Positions 1-12,778 of a DNA stretch of 64,000 bases are shown in pieces; within the stretch, counting starts at the first letter, position 1, and each line of letters opens with the position of its first letter. The notes under the pieces are model-generated. The model was not told where the DNA came from, did not search any database, and was given only the letters and a program-made list of their open reading frames with translations. Origin of the DNA: Vermamoeba vermiformis (taxonomy: Eukaryota). The stretch lies in NCBI GenBank assembly GCA_045837725.1, contig JBEWZL010000013.1, positions 434,001 to 498,000 of the forward strand, written 5' to 3'. The position numbers and the translations under genes are program-made.

Positions 1-2622
1 AAATTGCGCAAAAAGCTAATCCATCTTGAAAACTGAAAACATGGTTAGAAATATTAAAATAATAATATATAGTATGTTATATTACCTTGTAGTGAAATTG
101 GTGATATTGACATCCTGGTAGCCATGAGTATGTTCTTGGCACCAAGCCAACAGAGCGAATCTGTCGTTGAGACCGCAAAAGTTGATCGGTTTTATATACA
201 ATTGGTAGGCGATCTGCCATATAAGGTCCATGATAGTTTTAACATTGCCATTTACAATTTCTAAAAGAGAGAATATTAGTAAACAGATCGAGATCGACAC
301 CCGTACAAAAAAATTCTCTTCAGTTGAAAAAACAGGCTTATTATAGGTTACTTACGTGAAGTATTTACACAGGTTAAATCGATGTTGAGTCGATCTTTCA
401 GCATTTTAATTGCCAAATTGATGTTTTGAACTTTATCTACATTTGTTTTTGGATGCGGAATGAATCGAGGCATATCTTCATTTATTAGAGCCTATAAAGA
501 ATCATTAGTTAACTACATTCATTAAGCCTGATTTTCTAAGCGAAATTACCTCGGCTAAGTAAATTAGATTGACTCCATCCGTGAACTCGTCTTTGAGATC
601 TATAACTTTTTGTCGCTGCAGGTGACTGAGATGATTATTGATCCAACCAACACAAGTCTATAATAAAAGCAAACGCTCGTTAGTACATCTTTTCTCCGAA
701 GGATTTTTTGGTTCGAAATAAAGTTGATAAAATTTTTCCGAGCACGTGATCGCGTACTGGAACCGAAAAAAAAAGGCGTTTGGTACGTACCATAGTCTGC
801 ATATTTAACTGATGAAAGTCTCGCCAAACACGTGCATGAGGTGCGTCGCATTGATAGACTTGAGGCCACGCTTGTTCGCTGTTATTATTGATCGCGAGTT
901 CGTCTTCTAAATCCGGATCTTCAAACACTCCGCCACTGCTTAGACTTCTGTTTCTATGATGGCCAGTAGTAGGATGTCCATTGCCGTTATAATAGCCATT
1001 AGCACTGCCTATTGACCGCGAGCTATGCGATCCGGTTGTACTGCGATCTTCAAGACTTCCAAGGGACTCATCATCTTCCGAATTTTCGAATGTCGTATTA
1101 TCTTCTGACTGAGGGTTATTATTTCCATTAATACTATTGCTAGGATTATTTCCATTCGCTTCGTTGTTCTGGCTCAAATATTCAGGCGCTTGGTACCGAC
1201 TAACGTGCCATCCGTTTTCGACAAAAGTATTCAAGCCATAATAATGATCATCGTATTTGAATTGATCGACCATATAGTTATAATTAGGCTCGTATTCGTC
1301 TTCAGGGCTGTGGCCATTAGGTGGCGTCAGATCCGAAGTTTCGAAGGAAGTTGGTGTAAAGGAATGAATAATGTATTTGCTGAAATATAAATCGTCCTAA
1401 AATACGAGGAAATGTAAGTAACAATTTCGTAGCATTATTATTCTGTTAATCCAAACAAAAAGAAATTTCGAGTTAATCCTGATCCACAATTATCTCGCAT
1501 GAATCGTTTGCATATTATTAATCTTGATAACATTATATACTACACTTACTTTCAATAGACTCTTATCCTCAACTGTTCTAATGTTTCCTAGGGCCAAATA
1601 AGCAATGGCTTTCATCCACTCTCTTCGGGCATTTTCAGAAGGCGCAATTAATTGATAAACTGCGGAATAACGATTAATATTGTGTTATAATAGATATGGC
1701 AGTGGTATAATCTGAGAATATCTTTACACGGCACGATCAGATCCAAAAACGGCAAAAACAAAGGAATTTAAATTCAAAGCCTTAAATTAGATTTTGACAA
1801 ATTACGCTGCGTTACTATTGGTTACTAAGTGCTATATATTTACCTCGAGAGGGCGTTACAATTTCAAACTGAAAGCCTTCACCGTACTCATTCTTTTCAA
1901 TTTGTTGAATTTCTGATATTGAGTTGATATCGATCAAACCTTTGCAAATTCTGTCCTATAAACCATAACGAGTTTGTTAGTAAGCGTATATTACAAGTCT
2001 TAAAATAACACAAATTGGACGTAAGTCATTGAATTTTCGACGGTACGTTTAGCGGATTTGCATAAATAGCAATTTAAAGCCATAATAAAATCGTTTAATA
2101 CCGCTCTAGTATTGTGCTAATATAATGAGTGAGGTTTTAGACATACCCATTTCTTTCTGTAAAAATAGAGCTTGCAATCTGATTTTAGCGCGAACCATCT
2201 GTTTCTCCAGGACTTCGAAAGACTCGCTTTTTTATGCATCCATCCTATGAATAGTATATATAAGTGAGTTTAGTGTTCGGTTAGCGATAATTAAGGGAAA
2301 TAAAAGCAATTTATAAAGTACCCGAAAGGCAAAATAATTGGATCAGCCTTATTTAGTTCAAAATCGCATAAAATTGAATTATTTGCGTCACATAATAAGA
2401 ATACTAATATATATTATTGATAACGGCTTCATATATTCGGTTAGATTCTCGCTCGTATTTTCAAGCAGATTCCGTTATGAAATACATTTGCCAATTCAAT
2501 AATAATTGAGATTTTGTCAATAATTATAAATACACTGATATTAGCAGTGAATAATAATCGTTTTAAATAATTCGTGATTTGAATTTAAATATTTCATGAA
2601 GGATCACGATCGTACCTTCCAT
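1..2622 (-). CDS. PH domain + tandem calponin-homology (CH1-CH2 actin-binding) protein, multi-exon, 3' end outside window
   Basis: Spliced exons give GWMHKKASLSKSWRNRWFALK (PH), TCVGWINNHL...DLKDEFTDGVNLIYLAE (CH1) and LLAWCQEHTHGYQDVNITNFTT...FQDGLAFCA (CH2). The first exon is inferred as a micro-exon ATGGAAG|gtacg at 2622. Confidence 0.8.
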
Positions 2623-3441
2623 TACTACAAAGTAAGGGTCCGTTTGAGCGACAGGCTGCACGTCTTGTTCTTCGGCGTTGAGGGCCCATGAGAATTTAGT
2701 GCGCAGAGGGAATGGCTTTGACACTTGGACTCCTGATTGTTCCATCCCACAAAATATTTACAATTAACAAGACCTCTCGCTCTTCGGTGATAACGCGATG
2801 GATACGTCGCGCAATATATACAATAAAGATAGCTAGATCTGGTCTTTGTGTTTATTCTGTACAGCCAAGCAAGAAAATGCCCAGAAGGAATTTTTTTGTC
2901 CGTTTTATCATTTTTGTCGCAACGCACGTAGTGTGCTAGCACATTCACAACCACAAATGAGTAGGCCTGAGATTATGTTGAAAGAATAATAATGCATATC
3001 GAGAGCCAAATACGATTATGATCAGATTGAATTTTTGGCCATTCGCTCCGTAGCGGCTGATTATTTTTTTTCAGTTATAAAAATAATAATAATATTGAGA
3101 GTAATGGGAATCGTATGAATAGTGTTTTAGACCAGCATTACCACAGGTAAGAATTTTCCAGATTCACTGTTGCCCTAGGTAACGATAGGCCGGCAACAAT
3201 TTAACGAAGCTGTGAAGAATAACAAAATGCATCTTTTTTCAGGTGAAGAGAACCCCTCGTCACGGGTGACAGGTGTAGGTAAATCAATAATCAATCATTA
3301 TTTGAAACCAGACCGTGCTTAGGTTGCACCGTAGTAAAATAAGAAGGGACGTGCCGTCACTCCTAAAAATACGCGATGCAAACAATAAAAGCAATCAAGT
3401 TTTAAACACTGAAACAAAAACAACGTCACTTCAGCAACACA

Positions 3442-3930
3442 ATGGGCAACTCAGCGCCAGAACCACCAATCAAGCGAGAAATAATTAGGAAGCCAGAGCC
3501 TATTATCGCCGATGTTGACGAAAGCTTGCTGCCGCAAGCAGAATTTACTTTCGATCGCGAAACAATGGGTTCGGGAGAAGGCTTCTGGGCGACTTCAAAA
3601 GAGAAGGCAAATGAACACGACTTCCCTATTCGCAATGACGAACCGTGGCCAGGCAAACAACAATTTTTAGCGAAATTGAAAAGAGTTGAATCCCTGGCGA
3701 TAGGATCGTGTTATGATGGGCACGCTCCTTGTCGACTTCAAGGCTTTGATGGCTGCACTAGAGAGTATAACGGATGCGAAGAATATGCGCTGAATACTCC
3801 TCAAGGAAAGGTCAGCTGGCCCAGCGGTTATTACCATTACCTAGCGGATCATAACGTCAAACCAAGTAAGAACTTTTATTATTTGATTATTCGTGCCGAT
3901 CAGCAATTAAAAGAATCATGCCCGTACTAG
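3442..3930 (+). CDS. Intronless hypothetical protein with Cys/His motif (CR..C..NG..EY...WPSGYYHY...HNVKP)
   Basis: 162-aa ORF with A-rich start context and MGNS N-terminus. From memory, the motif resembles small bacterial/giant-virus hypothetical proteins. Confidence 0.7.
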   Translation: MGNSAPEPPIKREIIRKPEPIIADVDESLLPQAEFTFDRETMGSGEGFWATSKEKANEHDFPIRNDEPWPGKQQFLAKLKRVESLAIGSCYDGHAPCRLQGFDGCTREYNGCEEYALNTPQGKVSWPSGYYHYLADHNVKPSKNFYYLIIRADQQLKESCPY

Positions 3931-4209
3931 ATTATTAAAGATTGTTAATAAATTCATTTCACTTTCTACGGTAAAACCCAGATCTTCAGGTTTGCTTGGC
4001 TTTTGTTTGTGAGTTCTTACGAGGATTGGTAATGTCCATATTTGTCTTTATTGGCAAGATTAGATTCGCGGCGCGTATTGAAAATAATGAATTTTTCATG
4101 AACGGTGGTGATTTTTCTCGGGCGACACCAAAAACGCTTCGTGCAAGATTCAATTTCAAACAAATCTCCAACGAACACCCACACGAGGCCTCCAATAAAG
4201 TAAAACAAT

Positions 4210-5677
4210 ATGAGCGATTCAACGAGCCATCATCACCATCATAAAAAGGACAAAAGAAGGTCCTCCAATCCAAAACATTTTTAGAAGAGGTCACAGTATC
4301 GCGATTATTCAGTACTAGAGGTGCCCAAGCTGTTCATGACGTCGAGGATACTGAAAAGGTACGTGAGGAAATTGAAGATTAATTTTAAATTAATTATTTT
4401 GAATTTTAGGTGTCAGATGCCTTCGACTTGATGAAAAAATACAACATTTTGTCCGTTCCTGTTTGGGACTCGATGAAAAAACGATACAATGGCTTTATTG
4501 ATATTATCGATATTCTCTGCTTCGCCCTGCAAGTGAGTTCAGATTTGATCCGCTCCTTTTCAATTGTTAAATCTAACTTCGGAATTATTAGACCGCCGAC
4601 GATAGCTCCATTAAGCAAGGTGAAGCTGTCGGATTCTTAGAATTCACCGATATGAACTCCAAAATCAAACAACACACTTGCGGCGAGCTGATCAACAGAT
4701 CTCAACGCGACACCTACCTTCAAGTACGTTTTTTTAACAATTCTCCGCTCGAAAATAGTATATTAAGCATGTGATATTATAGGTCAGCGAAGACGCGAGT
4801 CTGGATACCGCTATTAGTGTAATGGCTCAATTCAAAGCTTATCGGTAAGTACATCCAAACCAAACTCCGCTTTTAAAATTACTCCGATACGGTATTTCCA
4901 ACGTATCAGCAAGTATTAATATTTTGGTATTAGAGTGCCTGTAGTTTCAGGAGAAGATAACGATCTGATGGGCGTTCTATCGCAATCGCTGATCGTCAAG
5001 TTCTTGGCCGAGCATATGGACAGATTTCCTGATTTAGACAAGAAGACCATTAAAGAGTTGAATATTGGCTTCAGATCTGTTATTTCCGTCAATAAGGAGA
5101 GCTCCATCAAGGACACCTTGCTGATGATCCGCAACAACAGAGTAAGTCGCGTCTAAAAGCCGTACTAATCTAGTTTATTTCATATACTAACTTTTTATTA
5201 GATTGGAGGCATTGCAGTCGTTGATAATAACAACAAATTGGTCGGTACAATTAGCGCGTCGGATCTGAAATCAATTGGTAAGCTTAAAATCCAGATTTAT
5301 TCGCATCAATTACTCTAAAATATTATTTTGCACGTTGAGTAGCTATTAAATAGCTGAAATTAGTCAATATACGCAATTTAAATCGGATCGGATCGTAGAA
5401 TTAATGTTTTTTTTGTTTAGGTTTTGGCGCAGATTTCTTAGGCGCCATGTATATGCCAATTTCATGGCTTTTAAGTCAAACACCACGTCAAAAGGACCGT
5501 CCTTACCCTATCGTGCTCAAACCAGATGCAACGATCGAGCAAGTCCTAAAAACCTTCGATGAAACAAAGGTTCATCGATTGTTCATTGTCGGCGATGATA
5601 TGCAGTCGCAAGGTGTTGTTACATTGACTGATATTTTGCAAATGTTTCATGATTACGGCCTCAAAAAGCAAAAATAG
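4210..5677 (+). CDS. CBS-domain protein (AMPK-gamma/SDS23-like, four CBS repeats), multi-exon; apparent 1-nt frameshift in exon 1
   Basis: Motifs NILSVPVWD..GFIDIIDI, RVPVV..GVLSQSLIV, IGGIAVVD..GTISASDL and VHRLFIV..GVVTLTDIL. The ATG frame and the downstream frame differ across the A5 run at 4243-4247. Confidence 0.85.
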
Positions 5678-5835
5678 AATTCTAAAAGTATAAGACTCTG
5701 TAAATAGTAAAGTAAATTGTTAAAGCAATTCGTACAATAGAACAACTCATTGTAAAGAGATTTTATTCGCAAGCTATTTACATATTGTACATCTGATTCA
5801 GTATTTCAGCAGATCCCATCCAAAATTTTTAGGTT

Positions 5836-8608
5836 TTACCTTTGCTTCAAGTGTTTCTTGATCACTGCCGACAGCTTATCCATAGGACAGGGCTTTACTA
5901 AGAAATCATTCATGCCAGCTTCGAGTGCTTGTTGATGTTGCTCCTCGATCGCGTGAGCGGTTAAAGCTATAATTGGAACATTGTTTCCGTCTTCTCTAAT
6001 GCGTCTAGCAGTCTCTATGCCGCCTATAGTATATCATCAATATTAAATTCATGATTCAAAAAACGTGAATTTAGGATTATTAATCCATATTCTTCTCGGA
6101 TCGCGCGCGCAAAAATCGATAATTTCCTATTTTTGGAATTTTGATAAATCAACTTGTATTTACCTAAAATTGGCATCTCAATGTCGAGTAGTATAAGCGG
6201 GTAGTTCTTTGACTTTAGCCGTTCAATCGCTTCCATCCCATTATTCGCAATATCAACCGTACAATTAATCTTCGACAATAGGCCCCTATTGAATATAGAC
6301 CATTAGAATCGATGTACGGCAATAATAACGTTCCTATGCTTACTTTAAAATGACTTGATTCACTTTGTTATCTTCGACTAGCAGTAAATGCGGCTGTTGC
6401 ACGACCGGTGTCAGATCCCCAAAATTCATCTCTTGTTTGCGTGGAGTCAAGTTCTCCGCGGGCAGATCCGCCGTGGATTCGCTAGTCAGTGGCAACCAGA
6501 ACGAGAAGGCGCAGCCTTGCTTCTCACCAGGACTAAAGAAAGTACGAGTCAGCTCACGCAATGACACGTGTCGCGGCAGTCCTGTCTTCAAAGGCTGGAC
6601 CGCCTCATAGTCCTACTTACCTCGTAACGTCAATAGCTCCATTCATCAATTTTACCAACAAGAGGCATATGTTGAGGCCCAAGCCCGTGCCCTGCTGCAC
6701 CGAATTGCACTTTCGGCTCTACATTGGTGATTCAAAAGATTAGCATCCGGATGCAAAGATACGTCGTATGTGGTATATTAACGTTTCATAGTAATAGTGC
6801 GGTAATTACCTGCTCGAATGCAGAGAATATCAAATCTTTTTCAGCCTTGTCCAATCCAATGCCAGTATCGCTTACTTCAAATTTAATAAATTTTTGTTGC
6901 AGATCCGTGTTGGTACTGATAAACGTCTTGTTCTTATCCAACTTATTATTGAACTGACAATATTCTTCTACGCAGACTTTCAACTTGATTGAGCCCTTCT
7001 CAGTAAATTTAACGGCGTTGGAGAGCAGGTTGAGCAGTATTTGCTTCGTACGGAAAAAATCTCCGGTGAACCTCTTGGGCACGCTCTCGCCAATCTCTAC
7101 GATATATTCTAACGGCTTTTGTCTTAGCAATGGCGAAATAACGCTCGTGGTAGCTTTGACAAGAGCGCTAGTGTCAATTGTTTGCTTCACGATTGTCATT
7201 TTCTCAGCCTCGATCTGCAGTTGTGGATGAACGGATGAGCACACGATATTATAATATGGATGGGTAGTACCTTTGTGAGATCCAAGATATCGTTTATGAT
7301 GCTCAACAGGTTCGACGAGCATGTTTTTGCGATCTCGATAAGACTTTTGTATTCTTCGCTCAATGGTGCGAACTGCAAGATATCTATAGCGCCAATAGTA
7401 CCGGAGAGCGGTGTCCTGATATTTCCAGGTTAATTAAATGTAAATGGCAAATATACCATTGCCTGATAAAAAGTATACAGATTTTTCCTCAATCCATCGT
7501 AATCTAATTATCGCAAATGCAATACTTTACGATATTATCGGCATAATCATATTTACCAAGATTAAATGAAAGTTAAAGTTATAAAAACTAACCTAAGCTC
7601 GTGGCTCATCCGACACAAAAATTCCGTTTTGTGCGCGCTAACTTTTTCCAGTTGTTCTATGGCTCTTGTAGTCTGCTTATAGTTTACATAGGACATTAAA
7701 GAAGTCAATGTAGTGGTGTGGATAGCAAGGCCCCTAAAATCCCAAATTAGAATCGGAGACAAGATTGGGCAATGGTATACAAAAGTATACAATGTGGATT
7801 TGTGCTTTGTTGCGTGCGGAGGTTATCCATCGCGCTATATAATAATCTCTAGTGTTACTATAGAGTATACTTACAGGTACATATTCATCAACTCGCTTTG
7901 GGAGAATGAGAAGTAGATGGGCGTAGAATCTTTTTCGTGCAGGGACATCAAGAATACGACGGATAAATTCATAAGCATTGATACTATAATACCCTCGCCC
8001 CCTAGAACAGGATTTGGTTAATTAAAGTCTTGCGGGAACGGTATACCAAATCTACGTGCGGAGAAAAGATCTCTTTGACTTACCCAATAGAAACGTGACT
8101 ATATGCAGAACCACTTGACTCCGCGGAATGTAAGCTATTAGTCCGAGGTGTTTGTTGGATAAATAGGCCATGAAATATAGTACAAATATAACGGGGTAGC
8201 CCGCTATCCGTTCTGATCCCGTCAAACAAAATGTAATTGCTGAGAGGAAGAATGTACCCGCGCATAGTGTTATTTGCCATATCATGCCTGACTCTTCTAA
8301 TATAGTACCTGCATAATATAATTAGAATTATTGATTTCATAGATCGCAGCTAAAATATACTTTTTAAATTTATAATTTACCCCATTTTATTACTTACTGA
8401 CTAATATTGCTACGAATGTTAATATTATGCTTGCTAAGCCTAGTCGACAATAACCGCCAACAATCAATTGATTCTTCTCTTTCGATCGTTTGCCCATAGA
8501 AGCTGGCTTGGCCATATTATGCATTAAATAGGCTGTAATTTTTTGTTCTAGATCTAAAAATGATTTCCACATTGTGATCAGGGGTGCTTTTAAAGCTGGA
8601 ACCACCAT
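5836..8608 (-). CDS. Membrane-bound hybrid sensor histidine kinase / response regulator
   Basis: N-terminal TM exons, H-box FLCRMSHELRTPL, N-box QILLNLLSNAVKFT, DTGIG, GTGLGL, and receiver domain LLVEDNKVN...LDIEMP...FLVKP. Confidence 0.93.
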
Positions 8609-8996
8609 TTCAATATTTATATGAAGCGACCCTTAATTGAGTCCTTTATCTTCGCGGACTTAATCCGACTATAGTTTAGTGTTGTTATATACAAAAATCT
8701 CGACAAACCATTGCAAAATTCCAAAAAGCGGTGACAAAAATTATTGCAAAGATTCTGAAGCATCTCGTCGCGCCACGTTGTGCACCACGTGTCTACTCTG
8801 TCATGAATCAATTTAATTACCGTTTCTATTGCGGTATACGACGGTTAGATAATGTGGCAGCGCTTCATGAAACTATCTGCGACAAATTTGAAGGCGGATG
8901 CAGTTTCCGATTTATTTAAAAAATGTGAAACGACAGGCTATGATGCTTGGTGCAAACTATTAATTGTTTTATTGTCTTTGGACCACAAAGGGTTAT

Positions 8997-11254
8997 TTAT
9001 ATATCGATAATTTCAACTTTGTCTTGATCCACAGCCATTCCTTCGTTGTTAGTCGTAGCAGTATTATCAGTGACTTCAATATCCATAGTATCTTCTTTCT
9101 TAGTCGTAGTGCTACTCGTAGCATTATTTGTCGGTTCTGCAGCCATATCGTTGGAGATCGTTCTTGTAAAGCTCATCTTGTTCATTTTGAAGTCGATCTC
9201 GTCCATGATCAACTTCAAGGCCTTAGTCTGCTTGTGGCAAATAACAGTAATCATCTCTTTGATGCCCTCTAAGAAGGTTCCATCGCCTTGCATGTAACTC
9301 AACGGCACCGCGCTGAACGGGCTCTTATTTTCTTCGCAATTTCGATGCAATTTATCGACGATGGCGAGGACGTCTTCAAATCTTCTGTCTTTTTCTTTCA
9401 AAAACTTGCCGACCAAGTATCGTTCTGAATTGACGATCCGACTGCGTAACGGCTTGACGATGTAACAGTCTTTGAATAATTGTGAAGTCAAGTAGATAAG
9501 ACTGATCGTCAAGTGCGAGAATGAATCAAATAACTTGCAGACGAAGTGACCTCCAGTATGAAGAGTTTTCAAAGCTGCTAAAAATTCTGAAAGCACGATC
9601 CGGCCTGAAAACAACTCCTGATAGTTCTCCATATGCTCGCCCTAAGGTCATTTATTAGTAATTTATCTATTATACCCTATTTTATTGCTCGAGCTTAAAG
9701 TAGTAAAAATAAAATTTTTGTCAAATTTCCGGATGCAGAGTAAATTCAAATACCAAAACATGATTCGATTTAATATATATACCTTCTCGTTCTTGCGTAT
9801 TCTAAATCCACCGTCAGAAACGAAAACATTGATTTCCTCCTTTTCCACGAGCTTTTGCAAAGCTTCAAGGTTAGCTGGTTTGTACACATCGCCCGTGCCG
9901 TCCTCGCCGTAGGTAATAGTGAAGTTTCGATCAGTCTCTAGTTGGCGATACCATACATCTGATGACGGGGTCATAGGCACTTTGAGTGTCATACCATAGC
10001 TGAAAAAGTATCATTAACTAGTGCCTTAAAAATATCAACAAAATTTCGATTGCAACGACCACACTTGCAAATAACGCTATTATAGTCATATACAATCATA
10101 TCTACTAGTATATGATGATAGTTATTATGCTTGACGGGGAGATCAAATGCGTAGAAAGCCGAGTTTGGTCAGTGAATTTGCAATGGCTGTAGACTTACCC
10201 AAAGGAAGGTGCAGGCGCGCGCTCGAGCATCATTTGCGAAAAAGCACCGGGACCACCACACAAATCAATAAAAGTGGTCTTTTCAATGCCTTCAAACAAG
10301 TCCACGGCTTCATGAACCTCCCACAACTTATCACCAGCTCTGTTTGAGAATCTAACGCCATCATATTAACTCACGTACATATAATAACATTTAATATGCT
10401 TACCTTGAGCTACCCTTCTTATCTTGAGGGAAAATCGAGTCGCGAACTTGATAATAAATTTTGTCTTGTCCTGAGTCGAATAAATCGTCCAATCTAGTTA
10501 AAAATAATACGATTAATATTTTATCGATAATATTTATAATTAAAAAGTTGTAGTGTCTCGTTTAAATATAATACCTGTTTTTTTGTCCCCACAAGGCTCT
10601 AATGTCTTCTTCAGGGCAATAACCAGCAAAACTCATTCTCGAAGGGTCATCAACATCAGAGTTAACGAGATCAGGGTGTGTTTCTTCATAATCAAAGCTT
10701 TCGCGTGGCATACTGGCGATCTTGAAAACTTCTCGTTTTTCCTCAACCTCGGTGCTAAAAATATTCAAAATAAATATTTTATAATATGAGATGATAAGGT
10801 ATAATTTTTTAAACGCTAAAGCAGCCGATTTAAATTATTTCCAATTTTTTTCAGATGGTGATATTTTTTGTAATTACCCCAACTTTCTTCGCTTTCCACG
10901 GTCATCATATCCACGATCGTATTCATCGTCTACGCTATCTCGTCCTCTTTTACGACTATTTTGATTATTGTTGCTGTAGCCTTCACTCTTGCGTCGATCT
11001 GCAGGTCTGCGATCTCGTCCAAACTGATCGCGGTCCTCATCACGATAATAATCAGATTTTCTTCTATTATTTCGCTGATTATTTCCTCGTCTGTCTCTAT
11101 AATCATCGTCTTCTTTTGGTCGATCAACTACTCCAAACTTTTTAGCCCGCAATTCCATGCGCTCCTTCTCGGAGAGGTTCTTAAGGTCGTTAGGCACTGC
11201 ATCAAGTGCTGCTAGTTTTTGTTCCGAGTCTTGATTCTGTTGTGGTTCACTCAT
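8997..11254 (-). CDS. FtsJ/RrmJ-type cap-specific mRNA 2'-O-methyltransferase (CMTR1-like)
   Basis: Motifs FIDLCGGPGAFSQ, GEDGTGD, VSDGGF, GGHFVCKLFD and KPLRSRIVNSERY; Arg/Asp-rich N-terminus. Confidence 0.88.
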
Positions 11255-11490
11255 GTTGCTCGAAGACAAACTGAAAATTGAACGAGAATTGCTTTGCAAC
11301 ATTTGTGGACTGATTTAGAAACTTCTAACCCTATTCTATACGTAATAACATATTTGATAGACTACAGGCATTTGGCCCGTTGTTACTCGTTCTTAACGGA
11401 TCTTTCAGCAGATTCGAATACAGATCGAAGAAACTGCATTGTTTGAACTACTTTGAAGCTGACATTTTATTAGTTACTACCAGCGTCAAT

Positions 11491-12665
11491 TCAAAGCTCG
11501 ACAAAGAAGTTCAAGAGGCTCAAATCGCTGCAGACCTTCAAGATCTGAAGTTGCATTTTGGCGTCGAAGAAGTTCGCTTGCCAACTCTCAGCATCTAATA
11601 GGGAAATCAATACTATGAATCACCCATAATATACCCTCGAGACTCACCAATAATGCCTGCAATCGAGCCGTCTACGAGACCGTAGAAGATCGGTGCGCAT
11701 ATTTCCGATTGTACCTTTGTGCTGCATTCTGTAACCGCAAAGTGTTAGCAAGGTCTCGGTACATATATAAAAGGCTTACCATAGTAAGGGCCGGAGTGTT
11801 TAGCGACGTCCTGAAGAGTTTAAGATTGCTCAGTTTACCAGATCTAATTTGTAAAGGCTTGGGATGGACTTACTTGGATGACAATAGCCTTGCCACTCAT
11901 TCCAACTGTTGAATTGTTGCTAATTTGCGCGAAGTCCTCGGTTAAAGGGAATACAGGCCTTAATATAGACCAAGTTAGATCTTGTTTGTCAAATCCGCTT
12001 GGGAAACTCTATTGGACAACAAAACGAGCGGCATAGATCATATTTGTTACCTGCTGATTTCGCCGCGATATGCTTCTTTATATAGAGCCATTTGGTCCCT
12101 AAACAAGCGGTCAGATCCCGCGACTTGAAATTGTACGTTATCGCTTACTCTTTGTACTCCATCTTTTTGTATAGGCCTACCCAATCTAATTTGTAGTCTT
12201 TATGCAGCCTCTCGACGATGGAGTTCAGAATCATTAGGCGGAATGTATGCTGGTGTCCAACTAATTTTTTCCACTTTAAGCCGTACACGACGGAGAGGTC
12301 GAATGGCTTTTCTTCTTTAAGGCCATGCTTACTATAATTAATTGAATGAATATCCGTCGATTTGGTTTACTACGGAACGGATTTGCCCGTGGAATTTAAC
12401 GAGCAAAATTCAAAATTAAATTTAAAATTATTTACCTGCATGTTCCGTCTTCGCTTAGTAATGGAATTTCATATTTATATAATTTGGTCAAAAATTCATC
12501 GTCCATATCGGCATTGAACTTATCAACCAATTCGCGTGCATCCCAAACGATAGTATTTAACTGATTAGATTTTGCAAGCTCGGTTGCCTCATGTGCGAGA
12601 TGACCTAAGCCTATCTTCTCTAAGTATGCGATAAACTTGCCCAAATCTTTTGTTGTTGCTTCCAT
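11491..12665 (-). CDS. GAF-domain protein (fRMsr/MsrC-related, bacterial-type), multi-exon
   Basis: Spliced translation DWVGLY...AYRGEISRPVFPLTEDFAQISNNSTVGMSGKAIVIQDV...YYECSTKVQSEICAPI...GIIDAESWQANFF. Confidence 0.78.
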
Positions 12666-12778
12666 TTTAGTGCTCGCTAAAATAATCATTTTTTTGCCGC
12701 CAAAATATTTATGCCGTTGTGTTGATCAATTTAAATATTTATTTCATTATTAGCCACGACAACTATTAATACCACATT

